NCBI GenBank assembly: GCA_964016885.1
Contig: OZ024740.1
Coordinates: 31,868,001 to 31,932,000, forward strand
Direction: 5' to 3'
DNA: 64,000 nt
From: Eledone cirrhosa
Taxonomy: Eukaryota
Positions 1 to 11,388 of the stretch are shown in pieces (within the stretch, counting starts at the first letter, position 1; each line of letters begins with the position of its first letter). The translations under genes and the position numbers were made by a program. The notes below the pieces were generated by a model. It worked only from the letters and a program-made list of their open reading frames with translations. It was not told the DNA's origin and did no database searches.

Positions 1-169
1 GTGTGTGTGTGTGTAGATGTATGTGTGTGTGTGTGTGTAGATGTACATGTGTGTATGTGTGTATGCGTGGATGTAAGTGTGAGAGTCTGTGGGAGAGCGG
101 TGGGTATGTGCTTGTGGGTTTTGAAAAACCATTGTGTGTGTTGGAGTGGAGTGTGTGTGTGTGTAGTCC

Positions 170-1170
170 CTGTATGGGGATAGGTGTGTGTGTAGTCTCT
201 GCATGGGGGTAGGTGTGTGTGTGTGTGTGTGTGTGTAGTCTATGTATGGGGGTAGGTGTGTGTGTGTGTGTGTGTGTAGTCTCTGTATGGGGGTAGGTGT
301 GTGTGTAGTCCTTGTATGGGGGTAGGTGTGTGTGTGTAGTCCCTGTATGGGGGTAGGTGTGTGTGTAGTCCCTGTATAGGGGTAGGTGTGTGTGTGTGTA
401 GTCTCTGTATGGGGGTAGGTGTGTGTGTGTGTGTAGTCCATGTATGGGGGTAGGTGTGTGTGTGTGTAGTTCATGTATGGGGGTAGGTGTGTGTAGTCCC
501 TGTATGGGGGTAGGTGTGTGTGTGTGTAGTTCATGTATGGGGGTAGGTGTGTGTGTGTGTAGTTCATGTATGGGGGTAGGTGTGTGTAGTCCATGTATGG
601 GGGTAGGTGTGTGTGTGTGTAGTTCATGTATGGGGGTAGGTGTGTGTAGTCCATGTATGGGGGTAGGTGTGTGTGTGTGTAGTTCATGTATGGGGGTAGG
701 TGTGTGTAGTTCATGTATGGGGGTAGGTGTGTGTGTGTGTAGTTCATGTATGGGGGTAGGTGTGTGTAGTCCATGTATGGGGGTAGGTGTGTGTGTGTGT
801 AGTTCATGTATGGGGGTAGGTGTGTGTAGTTCATGTATGGGGGTAGGTGTGTGTGTGTGTAGTTCATGTATGGGGGTAGGTGTGTGTAGTCCATGTATGG
901 GGGTAGGTGTGTGTGTGTGTAGTTCATGTATGGGGGTAGGTGTGTGTAGTCCATGTATGGGGGTAGGTGTGTGTGTGTGTAGTTCATGTATGGGGGTAGG
1001 TGTGTGTAGTCCCTGTATAGGGGTAGGTGTGTGTGTGTGTAGTCTCTGTATGGGGGTAGGTGTGTGTGTGTGTGTAGTCCATGTATGGGGGTAGGTGTGT
1101 GTGTGTGTAGTTCATGTATGGGGGTAGGTGTGTGTAGTCCCTGTATGGGGGTAGGTGTGTGTGTGTGTGG
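170..1170. repeat. GT-rich minisatellite with alternating 33-bp and 27-bp units (60-bp higher-order period)
   Basis: Unit TGTATGGGGGTAGG(TG)nTAGT(T/C)CA; lines 541-1010 repeat almost exactly every 60 nt. Confidence 0.95.
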
Positions 1171-1609
1171 ATGGAAAGGGGTCGGATGAGGTGGGGAGAT
1201 CGGGTGGGATCTGGAGGCACTGTGGGTGTAAGTGAGGATGTGCACATATGTGTGTGTGTGTGTTTGTAGTGAAGAGAGGGTGATGTGGGTTCGTGTGGAA
1301 TGTATGGTTGCGTGTGTGCGGAAAAGGTGCAAGTGTGTGTGTGTGTCTAAGTTTCTGAATGGTGGTGTGTGTGTGTGTGTATAGTCCCTCTATGGGGGGG
1401 GGCAGTTACAAGGTGAAATCACATCGGTGTCCGAGGATGTAGGTCCTTGGGGTAGGGCCATAGGAATGGTGAGGAGGAAGTGGTATGTTATGGGGCACAC
1501 GCAACAGGAAGTGGTCAAGATAGTGAAGTGAAGGAGTGAGAGGGAGGGTAGCAAGGGTGGAGATGGCAGAACAGAATGGTGAGGGATGGGGGAGTAATAT
1601 TGCTGTGTA

Positions 1610-2345
1610 GGTGTATGTGGGTGAGAGTGGCATGTGTGTAAGTATGTGTGTGTGGAGTTGTGTGTATGTGTGTGTGGAGCTGTGTGTATGTGTGTGTAGA
1701 GTTGTGTGTATGTGTGTGTGGAGTTGTGTGTATGTGTGTGTAGTGTGGTGTGTATGTGTGTGTAGTCTGGTGTGTATATGTGTGTATGTGTGTGTAGAGT
1801 TGTGTGTATGTGTGTGTAGTGTGGCGTGTATGTGTGTGTAGTGTTGTGTGTGTGTGTGCTAGTGTGCTGTGTATATATGTGTAGTGTGTGTAGAGTTGTG
1901 TGTATGTGTGTGTAGTGTGGTGTGTATGTGTGTGTAGTGTTGTGTGTGTGTGTGCTAGTGTGGTGTGTATGTGTGTGTAGTGTTGTGTGTGTGTGTGCGC
2001 TAGTGTGGTGTGTATGTGTGTGTAGTGTTGTGTGTATGTGTGTGTAGTGTGGTGTGTATGTGTGTGTAGTGTTGTGTGTATGTGTGTGTAGTGTGGTGTG
2101 TATGTGTGTGTAGTGTGGTGTGTATGTGTGTGTAGTGTGGTGTGTATGTGTGTATAGTGTTATGTGTATGTGTGTGTAGAGTTGTGTTTATGTGTGTGCT
2201 AGTGTGGTGTGTATGTGTGTGTAGTGTTGTGTGTATGTGTGTGTAGTGTGGTGTGTATGTGTGTTTAGTGTGGTGTGTATGTGTGTGCTAGGGTGGTGTG
2301 TGTGTGTATGTGTGTGTATGTGTGTATGTGTGTGTAGTGTGGTGG
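1610..2345. repeat. GT-rich ~22-bp minisatellite
   Basis: Tandem GTGTATGTGTGTGTAGTGT(G/T)GT units. Confidence 0.9.
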
Positions 2346-2829
2346 ACATGAGAGGAGGTGAGGTCAGTGGGAAAAGTTAAAGGAGAGGGTGATGTTGTGT
2401 GGGGTGGTGTATATTAGTGGAGGTGTTAGTAGGATGTGGGTGGAGGTGGTGTGGTAGTATGGGGGGAGGCATATATATGAGTGAGTGTATATATACTGGT
2501 GCGTGTGGTAAGGGGGAAGGAGGGTGTTAGTATTGTTAATGGTTGGGGTGGTCGAATATGGGTGTGTAGGTGGGGCTTAGTGGTGGTAGTATGGATGTGT
2601 ACATATGTGTGAGTGAGTGTATATATACTGGTGTGTGTGTGTGTGTGTGTGTGCGTGTTTTGGATGTGAGTGCGTGTATGTGGTAGGGGGGGGGGGTCCA
2701 ATATGGGTGTGGGGACTGTTAATATTGGGAGGGTTTTTAGTCCTGTTAGTATGGAGGGGAGAGAGATGAGTAAGGGGAGGGGTAAGGAGGAGACTGGTCG
2801 AAAACTAAAGGAAAAGAGGTGGGGAGTTC

Positions 2830-3058
2830 AAACCGGGGGTGGGTGGGTCTGTAATAGGAAGATGGTGCATTGTTCAGTCCCAAGTCGGACGGCGAGGGTT
2901 CCAGGGCACTCAATCAGGCCGCAGATGGTCAAGTTATGAGTAGAGTGTCCGGCAGAGCAAAAGTGTCGGGCGATGGGGGAACTCCTACCGAAACGAATGT
3001 CTTGGAGATGTTCGGTGAACCAATCGGCCAGACGATGTCCAGTCTGTCTGACAAAGGT
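2830..3058 (-). mobile_element. Penelope-like element 3' fragment (C-terminal half of GIY-YIG endonuclease)
   Basis: Manual minus-strand translation FVRQTGHRLADWFTEHLQDIRFGRSSPIARHFCSAGHSTHNLTICGLIECPGTLAVRLGTEQCTIFLLQTHPPPV resembles the PLE GIY-YIG pattern YVGQT.R.L..RF.EH...HF...H...E..I..L.T..P.GLN; not in the ORF track. Confidence 0.8.
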
Positions 3059-3102
3059 TGCGCTATATATCTATATCTATATATATATATAATGAAATTA
3101 AT

Positions 3103-4408
3103 ATCATCATCATCATTATCGTCGTTTAACGTCCATATTCCACGCTTGCATGGGTTTGAACGGGAGTTTTCCCACTTGAGGCAAGAGTGGTTGTCTTGCT
3201 CGTATAGGACTGTCTGGTGGGTTTTCTACAGCTGGATGCCCTTCTTAACACCAACCACATTTACAGTGTGGGGCTGGGAGGTTTTTACCGTGTTACCTAC
3301 ACGGCCACATTACAGCGTGGACTGTGTGTTTTTTGTCGTGACACCTACACGATCTCATTTGTTTCGGCCTGGATGTTGTGGCACCAACATAACTTTACAT
3401 TGAAAGGGGCGGTGTGGATGGGGTGGGGGTGGTGGGACGGGGGGTGTATTTTGTTAGAGGTGCCTACTGACTGTAGTAGGTTTTACTTTGTATTTAGGTA
3501 AGGCGGGTCTTCTGTATTACTGAGTACCGCCAAAGGTCTCGGTCCAGTGACATTGTCTTGGAGAGGTGTAAGTGTGTGAGGTCGGAATTTATCAAGTCGT
3601 CCCAGGTTTTTCTGGGTCTGCCTACTTCGTGGCTACCCTCTATTTTTATTGCCCTGTACTTTTTTATACAGCTGTCGTCTTTCATGCGCATCACGTGACC
3701 ATACCAATGTAGCCTTCTCTCGAGTAAACAACATCTGATCCCTCTTATTTCTAATTTTTCCCTTAGTTCGTTTATGCTTTGCCGTTCACGTATATTACTA
3801 TTACACATCCAGCGGAGCATGCAAGCTTCATTCCTCTCTAGTCTGCGTATATCCTCTGCACACAATGCCCAGGTCTCACTGCCATGCAACATTGCTGTTC
3901 GTATGCAGGCATCATACAGCCTGCCTTTCATTTTTAGGGAGAACCCTTTAGCGGCTAATAGTGGTATAAGCTCTCTGAACTTTTTCCATCCAGTTTTGAC
4001 TCTAGCTACTGTACTTTCAGAGCACCCTCCCCCACTGCTGATTTTGTCACCCAGGTAACGGAAGCTGTCCACTATTTCTATAGAACGCTCTGCGCAATTG
4101 AAAGAGCTAGTATTTTGTGGGCACTTGCTGCTACTTATTGCACCAGAACACCGACCACATATAAAATCTATGTTCTTAGTTAGCTTACCTGTGATCCCAC
4201 TACATCTTTTATGCACCCATACTTTGCATTTGGGACATAAAATGGAGTTTCTACCTACGCCTTTCCTACACACTGAGCATGGCCATTTCCTGGAAGGGAC
4301 CGGTGCCCTATTTTCTTTCCTACAAACTAGAACTTTAGTCTTAGCCAGGTTAATTTTAAGGCCTTTTGATTCTAGGCCGTGCTTCCATGTTTGGAATTTC
4401 TTCTCTAA
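3103..4408 (-). mobile_element. RTE-clade LINE family A, 5'-truncated copy
   Basis: ORF 3494-4453 nearly identical to the C-terminus of ORF 7515-10535; 3'UTR and (GAT)n-like tail at 3103-3125. Confidence 0.95.
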
Positions 4409-4409
4409 T

Positions 4410-5625
4410 ATATAAATGAAATTAATGTGAGCAAGACGCCAACAGTATTTCATAATATCTAAGTGACTATAATGTCAAGATGGAAAATATTTAATGTAAG
4501 ATATGGGAAAATAATTCAAACTCAATTCAAAAAAGTCCACAGATTTTGTGAAATCCAGGGAAAAAACCAATAGAGCTATAACAAAATACTGGTGTGTATG
4601 AATATAACATGAGACGTGGTTTGTGTGTACAATATTTAATCAACAATTTATGGATATATAGAACAGTATAGTTGACATGTCAATGAATAGATGAGAGAAT
4701 GAAGCAAAGTTATTAGTTACCGTTTGGTCTCCAGGCGAACGTGCTTGGCCGAAGACGCCTGGCCGAAGGCCAGGAGCCGAAAAGGCAAATGAGAGAAAGG
4801 GAGCTGAAAGTTATTCGTTTTATAGGGTTTTGCCGGAAGTTACAGAAAGGGTTCTACTTCCTATCTAGAGAGCGTTAATCTATTGGTGATGTGAGTGTCA
4901 CAACAAGGGAGGCAACTCCTGCTACAGAGCCTTAACTCAGAATAAAATTAAGGTTAAATACTTATCCGTCAATTTGGAAAAACCTACAAATGCTCTATAT
5001 AGTCTTAAAAAGACTATTTCACGAAACTTTTCAGTGGGATTAGTCACGGTTGGAGTCGTTTATCAATAGAGCTTAAACACAATAACCAAAACCACTGCTA
5101 AACTATGCCAGAAAGAGAATTTAAAAGCAGGCTAGTACACCTCGTGTGGAATTATGAAAATAAACACACATGGAGAACAGGGCTAGTGACGTCAGAATGA
5201 GATGAATGTCTGTTTACAAGAAACAACAGTCAAAACATTCCGAAAAAACTCAACAAAAGGTATGGAGTTCAGCATATAGCAATATTATCGCGTTCTTTTT
5301 TTTAAAAGACCGGGATTAGTCACAAATAATTTTAAGCACTCTAGGAAAAATTCCGAGAATAAATATAAAAGAAAATACAGAAATTAATGTGAGCAAGAAG
5401 CCAACAGTATTTCATAATATATAAGTGACTATAACGTCAAGATGGAAAATATTTAACGTGAGATATAGGAAAATAATTCAAACTCAATTAAAAAAAAGTC
5501 AAGACAGAAATTTTATCCACAGATTTTGTGAAATCCAGGGAAAAAACCAATAGAGCCTTAACTCAGAATAAAATTAAGGTTAAATAATTATCCGTCAATT
5601 TGGAAAAAACTATAAATGCTCTATA
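4410..5625 (-). mobile_element. Non-coding element with partial tandem duplication, probably Penelope-like pseudo-LTRs
   Basis: 4410-4576 recurs at about 5378-5556 and 4926-5000 recurs at 5552-5625; hammerhead-like motif on minus strand at about 4995-5036. Confidence 0.5.
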
Positions 5626-5635
5626 TATATATATA

Positions 5636-7112
5636 TCATCATCATCATCATAATCGTTTAACGTCCATCTTCCACGCTTGCATGGGTTTGGACGGGAGTT
5701 TTCCCACTTGAGGCAAGAGTGGTTGTCTTGCTCGTATAGGACTGTCTGGTGGGTTTTCTACGGCTGGATGCCCTTCCTAACACCAACCACATTTACAGTG
5801 TGGACTGGGAGGTTTTTACTGTGTTACCTACACGGCCACATTACAGCGTGGACTGTGTGTTTTTTTGTCGTGACACCTACACGACTTCATTTGTTTCAGA
5901 CTGGATGTTGTGGTACCAACATAACTTTACATTGAAAGGGGTGGTGTGGATGGGTGGGGGTAGTGGGACGGTGGTGTAATTTTGTTAGAGGTGCCTACTG
6001 ACTGTAGTAGGTTTCTCTTTGTACTTAGGTAAGGCGGATCTTCTGTATTACTGTGTAGCGCCAAAGATCTTGGTCCAGTGACATTGTCTTGGAGAGGTGT
6101 ATGTGTGTGAGGTCGGAATTTATCAAGTCGTTCCAGGTTTTTCTGGGTCTATCTACTCCATGGCTACCGTCTATTTTTATTGCCCTGCACTTTTTTATAC
6201 AGCTGTCGTCTTTCATGCGCATCACGTGACCGTACCGACGTAGTCTTCTCTCGAGTAAACAACATCTGATCCCTCTTATTCCTAATTTTTTCCTTAGTTC
6301 GTTTATGCTTTGCCGTTCACGTATATTACTATTACACATCCAGCGGAGCATGCAAGCTTCGTTCCTCTCCAGTCTGCGTATATCCTCTGCACACAATGCC
6401 CAGGTCTAACTGCCATGTAACATTGCTGTTCGTATGCAGGCATCATACAGCCTGCCTTTCATTTTTAGAGAGAACCCTTTAGCAGCTAATAGTAGTATAA
6501 GCTCTCTGAACTTTTTCCATCCAGTTCTGACTCTAGCTACTGTACTTTCAGAGCACCCTCCACCACTGCTGATTTTGTCACCCAAGTAACGGAAGGTGTC
6601 CACTATTTCTATAGAACCATCTGTGCAATGGAATGAGCTAGTATTCTGTGGGCATTTGCTGCTACTTATTGCACCAGAGCACCGGCCACATATAAAATCT
6701 ATATTCTTAGTTAGCTTACCTGTGATCCCACTACATCTTTTATGCACCCATACTTTGCATTTGGGACATAAAATGGAGTTTCTGCCTACTCTTTTCCTAC
6801 ACACTGAGCATGGCCATTTCCCAGATGGGACCGGTGCTCTATTTTCCTTCCTACAAACTACAACTTTAGTCTTAGACAGGTTAATTTTAAGGCCTTTTGA
6901 TTCTAGGCCATGCTTCCATGTTTGGAATTTCTTCTCTAGTTCAGCCATTGATTCAGCTATGAGCATTAGATCATCTGCGTATAGGAGTTCCCATGGGCAG
7001 CCGGTCTTGAACTCCTCTGTTATAGCCTGAAGGGCAATAATAAATAGTAGGGAGCTAAGAACGGAGCCCTGATGAACACCAACTTTTACGCTAAACTCTT
7101 CACTATATTTGT
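5636..7112 (-). mobile_element. RTE-clade LINE family A, 5'-truncated, frameshifted copy
   Basis: ORFs 6406-7164 (GVHQGS, YADD) and 6025-6396; same 3'UTR and GAT tail. Confidence 0.95.
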
Positions 7113-7514
7113 GAATATATATATATATATATATATATATTAATATCTCCTTCCCATCCACCACACTCTACAACATGCGGTCAAATCACCACCACCACCA
7201 CCCACCCCTCTCTCTCTCTCTCTACCCAACCCAGATACATATATAAGACAAAGTAATTCACTTTCGCCAAACTTGTGGCTGTAACTTCATCCATTCATGG
7301 TTATAATGTAATGTACTCATTTTTCCACCTCTTCTAACATACGCCTAACTCCATAGTCAGTCCTTCCAACAGCATTTTTAGTCCTTCCAATAGCATTTTT
7401 TTCTATCCTCTTTCCATTCCCCATGTATTTTCCAAAACAAATCTCTTGTATTTCTGTCATGCTTGTAAAAATACGGAGTTTTTGACGTATATTTACTAAA
7501 CAAATCTTGTATTT

Positions 7515-10500
7515 TTGTTCGTTAATACGGGGTTCTCACTTAAACCTATCTTCTCGCTAACAACTCAACGTAAGGAGGTCGATGTTTGTTGTATCCAAGA
7601 GACCAGGTGGAGGGGTGGATCTGCTAGATACATTGTGGGTAGAAAACGATGCTATAAGCTTTTCTGGGTGGGAAACGACAATGGGCTGGGTGGAGTAGGA
7701 ATCATGGTAGCAGAAAAGTGGGCAGATAAGATAATAGACGTAAATAGAGTGAACGACAGAATAATTAAAATAAGACTTGTCCTCAATAGAACTACGGTGA
7801 CAGTAATATCCGCGTACGCACCCCAATCCGGACTGCCCAGCACTATAAAAGACAGATTCTATGAGACACTGATGCTCACTACCTCCCAAATAACCGACAG
7901 TGACTATATAATTATTGCAGGCGACCTAAACGGTCACGTTGGACAACATTGTGACGGCTACGACGAAATCCATAGAGGCTATGGGTTTGGTACTAGAAAT
8001 GAGGAAGGCTCCAGAATCCTGGAATTCTGTGACGCAAATAACCTAACTATCTGCAACACTAACTTCAAAAAACGAGACAATCACTTGATTACCTACAGAT
8101 CAGGGGAACATACTAGCCAGGTAGATTATATCCTTACCAGAAGACGTGACAAAGTGACTGTCGTAAACACTAAATCCCTCCCCCATGAAGAATGCACTTC
8201 CCAACATAGACTGATAATTAGCGACCTAATAGTCAGGACGAGACGTACTAGACAACAGAAGAGGACTATCCTCAGGAGAAAAATATGGAAGCTAAAGGAC
8301 CCCACAGCCAAAAATAAATTCCAAAGCATATTACTTGATGCTTTCGACAGTGAGGAAGAGCAATTAGAGACGTACAAGGTAGAGGAACAGTGGGAATTCC
8401 TGAAAGCAAACCTGCTGACGGCGGCAGACGAAGTCTGTGGCTGGAGCAGGCCTGTGGGCAGGAGGAGAGTAACATGGTGGTGGAACAGTAAGGTGGAGGG
8501 GTCAATTAAGGCCAAAAAGCAGGCTTGGAAAGTATGGCGGGATGGGGGAAGCAGAGAAGACTATCAAGTGGCCAGGAGGGAAGCTAGGAGACAAGTGTAC
8601 TTCGCAAGAAGGGAAGCAGAGGAAAGAAAGTTCAAGCATGTTCTACAACGCGAGGACCAAAAACGTGAGGTGTTCAGGATTGTTAGGCAATGTGTCAAGG
8701 AAAACAGTGATATTGTCGGGGAGAAGTGTGTACTTAACGATGACGGCATACTTGCCATCACCGACGCCGATAAGAAGGTAGCTTGGAAGTGTCACTATGA
8801 AAGGCTATTAAATGAGGAGAATAAATGGGAGAAAGACAATCTCCCCCACATCGACCCAATAGAGGGACCAGCAGTGTTAGTCGAGGGTAGTATAATAAGT
8901 AAGGCAATCAAAGATATGAAGACAGGCAAGGCGGCTGGGCCTTCGGAAATAGTTGCTGAGATGCTGAAGGCATCTGGCACGGTGGGACACACCATGGTCA
9001 CCCGCATAGTTAACCAAGTCGTACAGAATGGGGTTGTTCCGAAGGACTGGCGCAGCAGCATTATCGTTAACTGTTATAAGGGTAAAGGAGATGCCCTAGA
9101 TAGGAGTAACTATAGAGGCATTAAATTAATCGACCAGGTCATGAAGGTCACGGAAAAAGTTATAGCGCAACTAATCAGAGAGCGAATTGAACTAGATGAA
9201 ATGCAGTTCGGGTTTGTGTCAGGAAAAAGTACCACAGACGCTCTTTTCATTGTACGACAACTACAGGAGAAGTACCTAGCTAAAAGTAAACCCCTATACT
9301 TAGCTTTCGTCGACTTGGAGAAGGCCTTCGACAGAGTCCCCCGTTCCATTATCTGGTGGGCTCTTAGAAAACTAGGTGTTGATGAATGGCTTGTGAGAGC
9401 TATACAAGCCATGTATAAAGAAACAGTCAGCAAGGTTAGAATTAACAACGAATATAGTGAAGAGTTTAGTGTAAAAGTTGGTGTTCATCAGGGCTCTGTT
9501 CTTAGCCCCCTACTATTTATTATTGCCCTCCAGGCTATAACAGTGGAGTTCAAGACCGGCTGCCCATGGGAACTCCTATACGCAGATGATCTAACGCTCT
9601 TAGCTGAATCAATGGCCGAGCTAGAGAAGAAATTCCAAACATGGAAGCACGGCCTAGAATCAAAAGGCCTTAAAATTAACCTAGCTAAGACTAAAGTTCT
9701 AGTTTGTAAGAAAGAAAATAAGGCGGCGGTCCCCTCCGGGAAGTGGCCATGCGCAGAGTGTAGGAAAGGCGTAGGTAGAAATTCCATTTTGTGTCCCAAA
9801 TGCAAAGTTTGGGTGCATAAAAGATGTAGTGGGATCACAGGTAAGCTAACTAAGAACATAGATTTTACATGTGGCCGGTGTTCTGGGGAAATAAGTAGCA
9901 GCAAGTGCCCACAAAATACTAGCTCTTTCAACTGCGCAGAGGGTTCTATAGAAATAGTGGACAGCTTCCGTTACCTGGGTGACAAAATCAGCAGTGGGGG
10001 AGGGTGCTCTGAAAGTACAGTAGCTAGAGTCAGAACTGGGTGGAAAAAGTTCAGAGAGCTTATACCACTATTAGCTGCTAAAGGGTTCTCCCTAAAAATG
10101 AAAGGCAGGCTGTACGATGCCTGCATACGAACAGCAATGTTGCATGGCAGTGAGACCTGGGCATTGTGTGCAGAGGATATACGCAGACTAGAGAGAAACG
10201 AAGCTTGCATGCTCCGCTGGATGTGTAATAGTAACATACGTGAACGGCAAAGCATAAGAGAACTAAGGAAAAAATTAGAAATAAGAGGGATCAGATGTTG
10301 TTTACTCGGGAGAAGGCTACGTTGGTATGGTCACGTGATGCGCATGAAGGACGATAGCTGTATAACAAAGTGCAGGGCAATAAAGATAGACGGTAGCCAC
10401 GGAATAGGCAGACCCAGAAAAACCTGGGACGAGCTGATAAACTCCGACCTCACACACTTACACCTCACCAAGACAATGTCACTGGACCGAGACCTTTGGC

Positions 10501-10535
10501 GGTACTCAGTAATAGAGAAGACCCGCCTTACCTAA
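7515..10535 (+). CDS. RTE ORF: AP endonuclease, reverse transcriptase and embedded PHD-like zinc finger; extreme N-terminus missing
   Basis: APE motifs IQETRW, SAYAP, GDLNGH, DYIL, SQH; RT motifs NYRGIKL, FVDLEKAFD, GVHQGS, YADD, FRYLG; the first ~16 codons are flanking DNA. Confidence 0.95.
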   Translation: MFVNTGFSLKPIFSLTTQRKEVDVCCIQETRWRGGSARYIVGRKRCYKLFWVGNDNGLGGVGIMVAEKWADKIIDVNRVNDRIIKIRLVLNRTTVTVISAYAPQSGLPSTIKDRFYETLMLTTSQITDSDYIIIAGDLNGHVGQHCDGYDEIHRGYGFGTRNEEGSRILEFCDANNLTICNTNFKKRDNHLITYRSGEHTSQVDYILTRRRDKVTVVNTKSLPHEECTSQHRLIISDLIVRTRRTRQQKRTILRRKIWKLKDPTAKNKFQSILLDAFDSEEEQLETYKVEEQWEFLKANLLTAADEVCGWSRPVGRRRVTWWWNSKVEGSIKAKKQAWKVWRDGGSREDYQVARREARRQVYFARREAEERKFKHVLQREDQKREVFRIVRQCVKENSDIVGEKCVLNDDGILAITDADKKVAWKCHYERLLNEENKWEKDNLPHIDPIEGPAVLVEGSIISKAIKDMKTGKAAGPSEIVAEMLKASGTVGHTMVTRIVNQVVQNGVVPKDWRSSIIVNCYKGKGDALDRSNYRGIKLIDQVMKVTEKVIAQLIRERIELDEMQFGFVSGKSTTDALFIVRQLQEKYLAKSKPLYLAFVDLEKAFDRVPRSIIWWALRKLGVDEWLVRAIQAMYKETVSKVRINNEYSEEFSVKVGVHQGSVLSPLLFIIALQAITVEFKTGCPWELLYADDLTLLAESMAELEKKFQTWKHGLESKGLKINLAKTKVLVCKKENKAAVPSGKWPCAECRKGVGRNSILCPKCKVWVHKRCSGITGKLTKNIDFTCGRCSGEISSSKCPQNTSSFNCAEGSIEIVDSFRYLGDKISSGGGCSESTVARVRTGWKKFRELIPLLAAKGFSLKMKGRLYDACIRTAMLHGSETWALCAEDIRRLERNEACMLRWMCNSNIRERQSIRELRKKLEIRGIRCCLLGRRLRWYGHVMRMKDDSCITKCRAIKIDGSHGIGRPRKTWDELINSDLTHLHLTKTMSLDRDLWRYSVIEKTRLT

Positions 10536-10925
10536 ATACAAAGTAAAACCTACTACAGTCAGTAGGCATCTCTAACAAAATACACCCCCGTCCCACCACC
10601 CCCACCCCATCCACACCGCCCCCTTCTATGTAAAGTTGTGTTGGTGCCACACCATCCAGGCCGAAACAAATGAGATCGTGTAGGTGTCACGACAAAAAAA
10701 CACAGTCCACGCTGTAATGTGGCCGTGTAGGCAACACGGTAAAAACCTCCCAGACCCACACTGTAAATGTGGTTGGTGTTAGGAAGGGCATCCAACTGTA
10801 GAAAACCTGCCAGACAGTCCTATGCGAGCAAGACAATCACTCTTGCCTCAAGTGGCAATACCCCTGTCCAAACCCATACAAGCGTGGAACACGGACGTTA
10901 AACGTTGATGATGATGATGATGATA
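7563..10925 (+). mobile_element. RTE-clade LINE family A, near-full-length copy
   Basis: Uninterrupted APE+RT ORF, ~390-nt 3'UTR, ends GGACGTTAAACGTT(GAT)n followed by (GA)n. Confidence 0.97.
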
Positions 10926-10942
10926 TATAGAGAGAGAGAGAG

Positions 10943-10993
<51 letters not shown>

Positions 10994-11140
10994 TCTTTAA
11001 TAGCTTAGTATTTTATTTATTTTAAATTATGTTTTACATTCGCATATGTATATTATATCTATTTGAAAATTTGAAACTTGGACATCACATCATCTTGGGG
11101 AAATTGCTTGAGATTTGAGGTCAAGGGTATACAGGAGAGT

Positions 11141-11388
11141 TTGTGTGTGACAGCTCATACCTATGCAGGTTTAGCTGGCCTCCTCCAAGGTATATCTCGT
11201 TGGAGGTGTCTTGGGTAATTTAATGACAGGGACACCAGTCCTATCATCTCATTTCTAGATTGAGTAAACTGGAGCAACGTGAAATAAAGTGTCTTGCTCA
11301 AGGAAACAACACATCACCCGGTCCGAGAATTGAACTCACAACCTTTCGATTGCAAGCCCAATGCTCTAACTACTAAGCCATGCGCTTC
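11141..11388 (-). mobile_element. tRNA-derived CORE-type SINE, (CA)n-tailed variant
   Basis: A box (TGGCTTAGTAG) and B box (GAGTTCAATTC) on minus; CORE-like CCTTGAGCAAGACACTT; 10-bp TSD ACAGGAGAGT at 11131-11140 and 11389-11398. Confidence 0.85.

Noticed and set aside
423-1094. 223-aa Cys/Val/Gly repeat ORF
   Set aside because: Translation of a minisatellite whose period is a multiple of three; no gene context
170-1170. CRISPR-like periodic array
   Set aside because: No unique spacers, no cas genes, eukaryotic context
4576-4925. Spliced-out intron explaining the B-A junction
   Set aside because: On minus, no placement within the GCTCT microhomology gives both GT and AG
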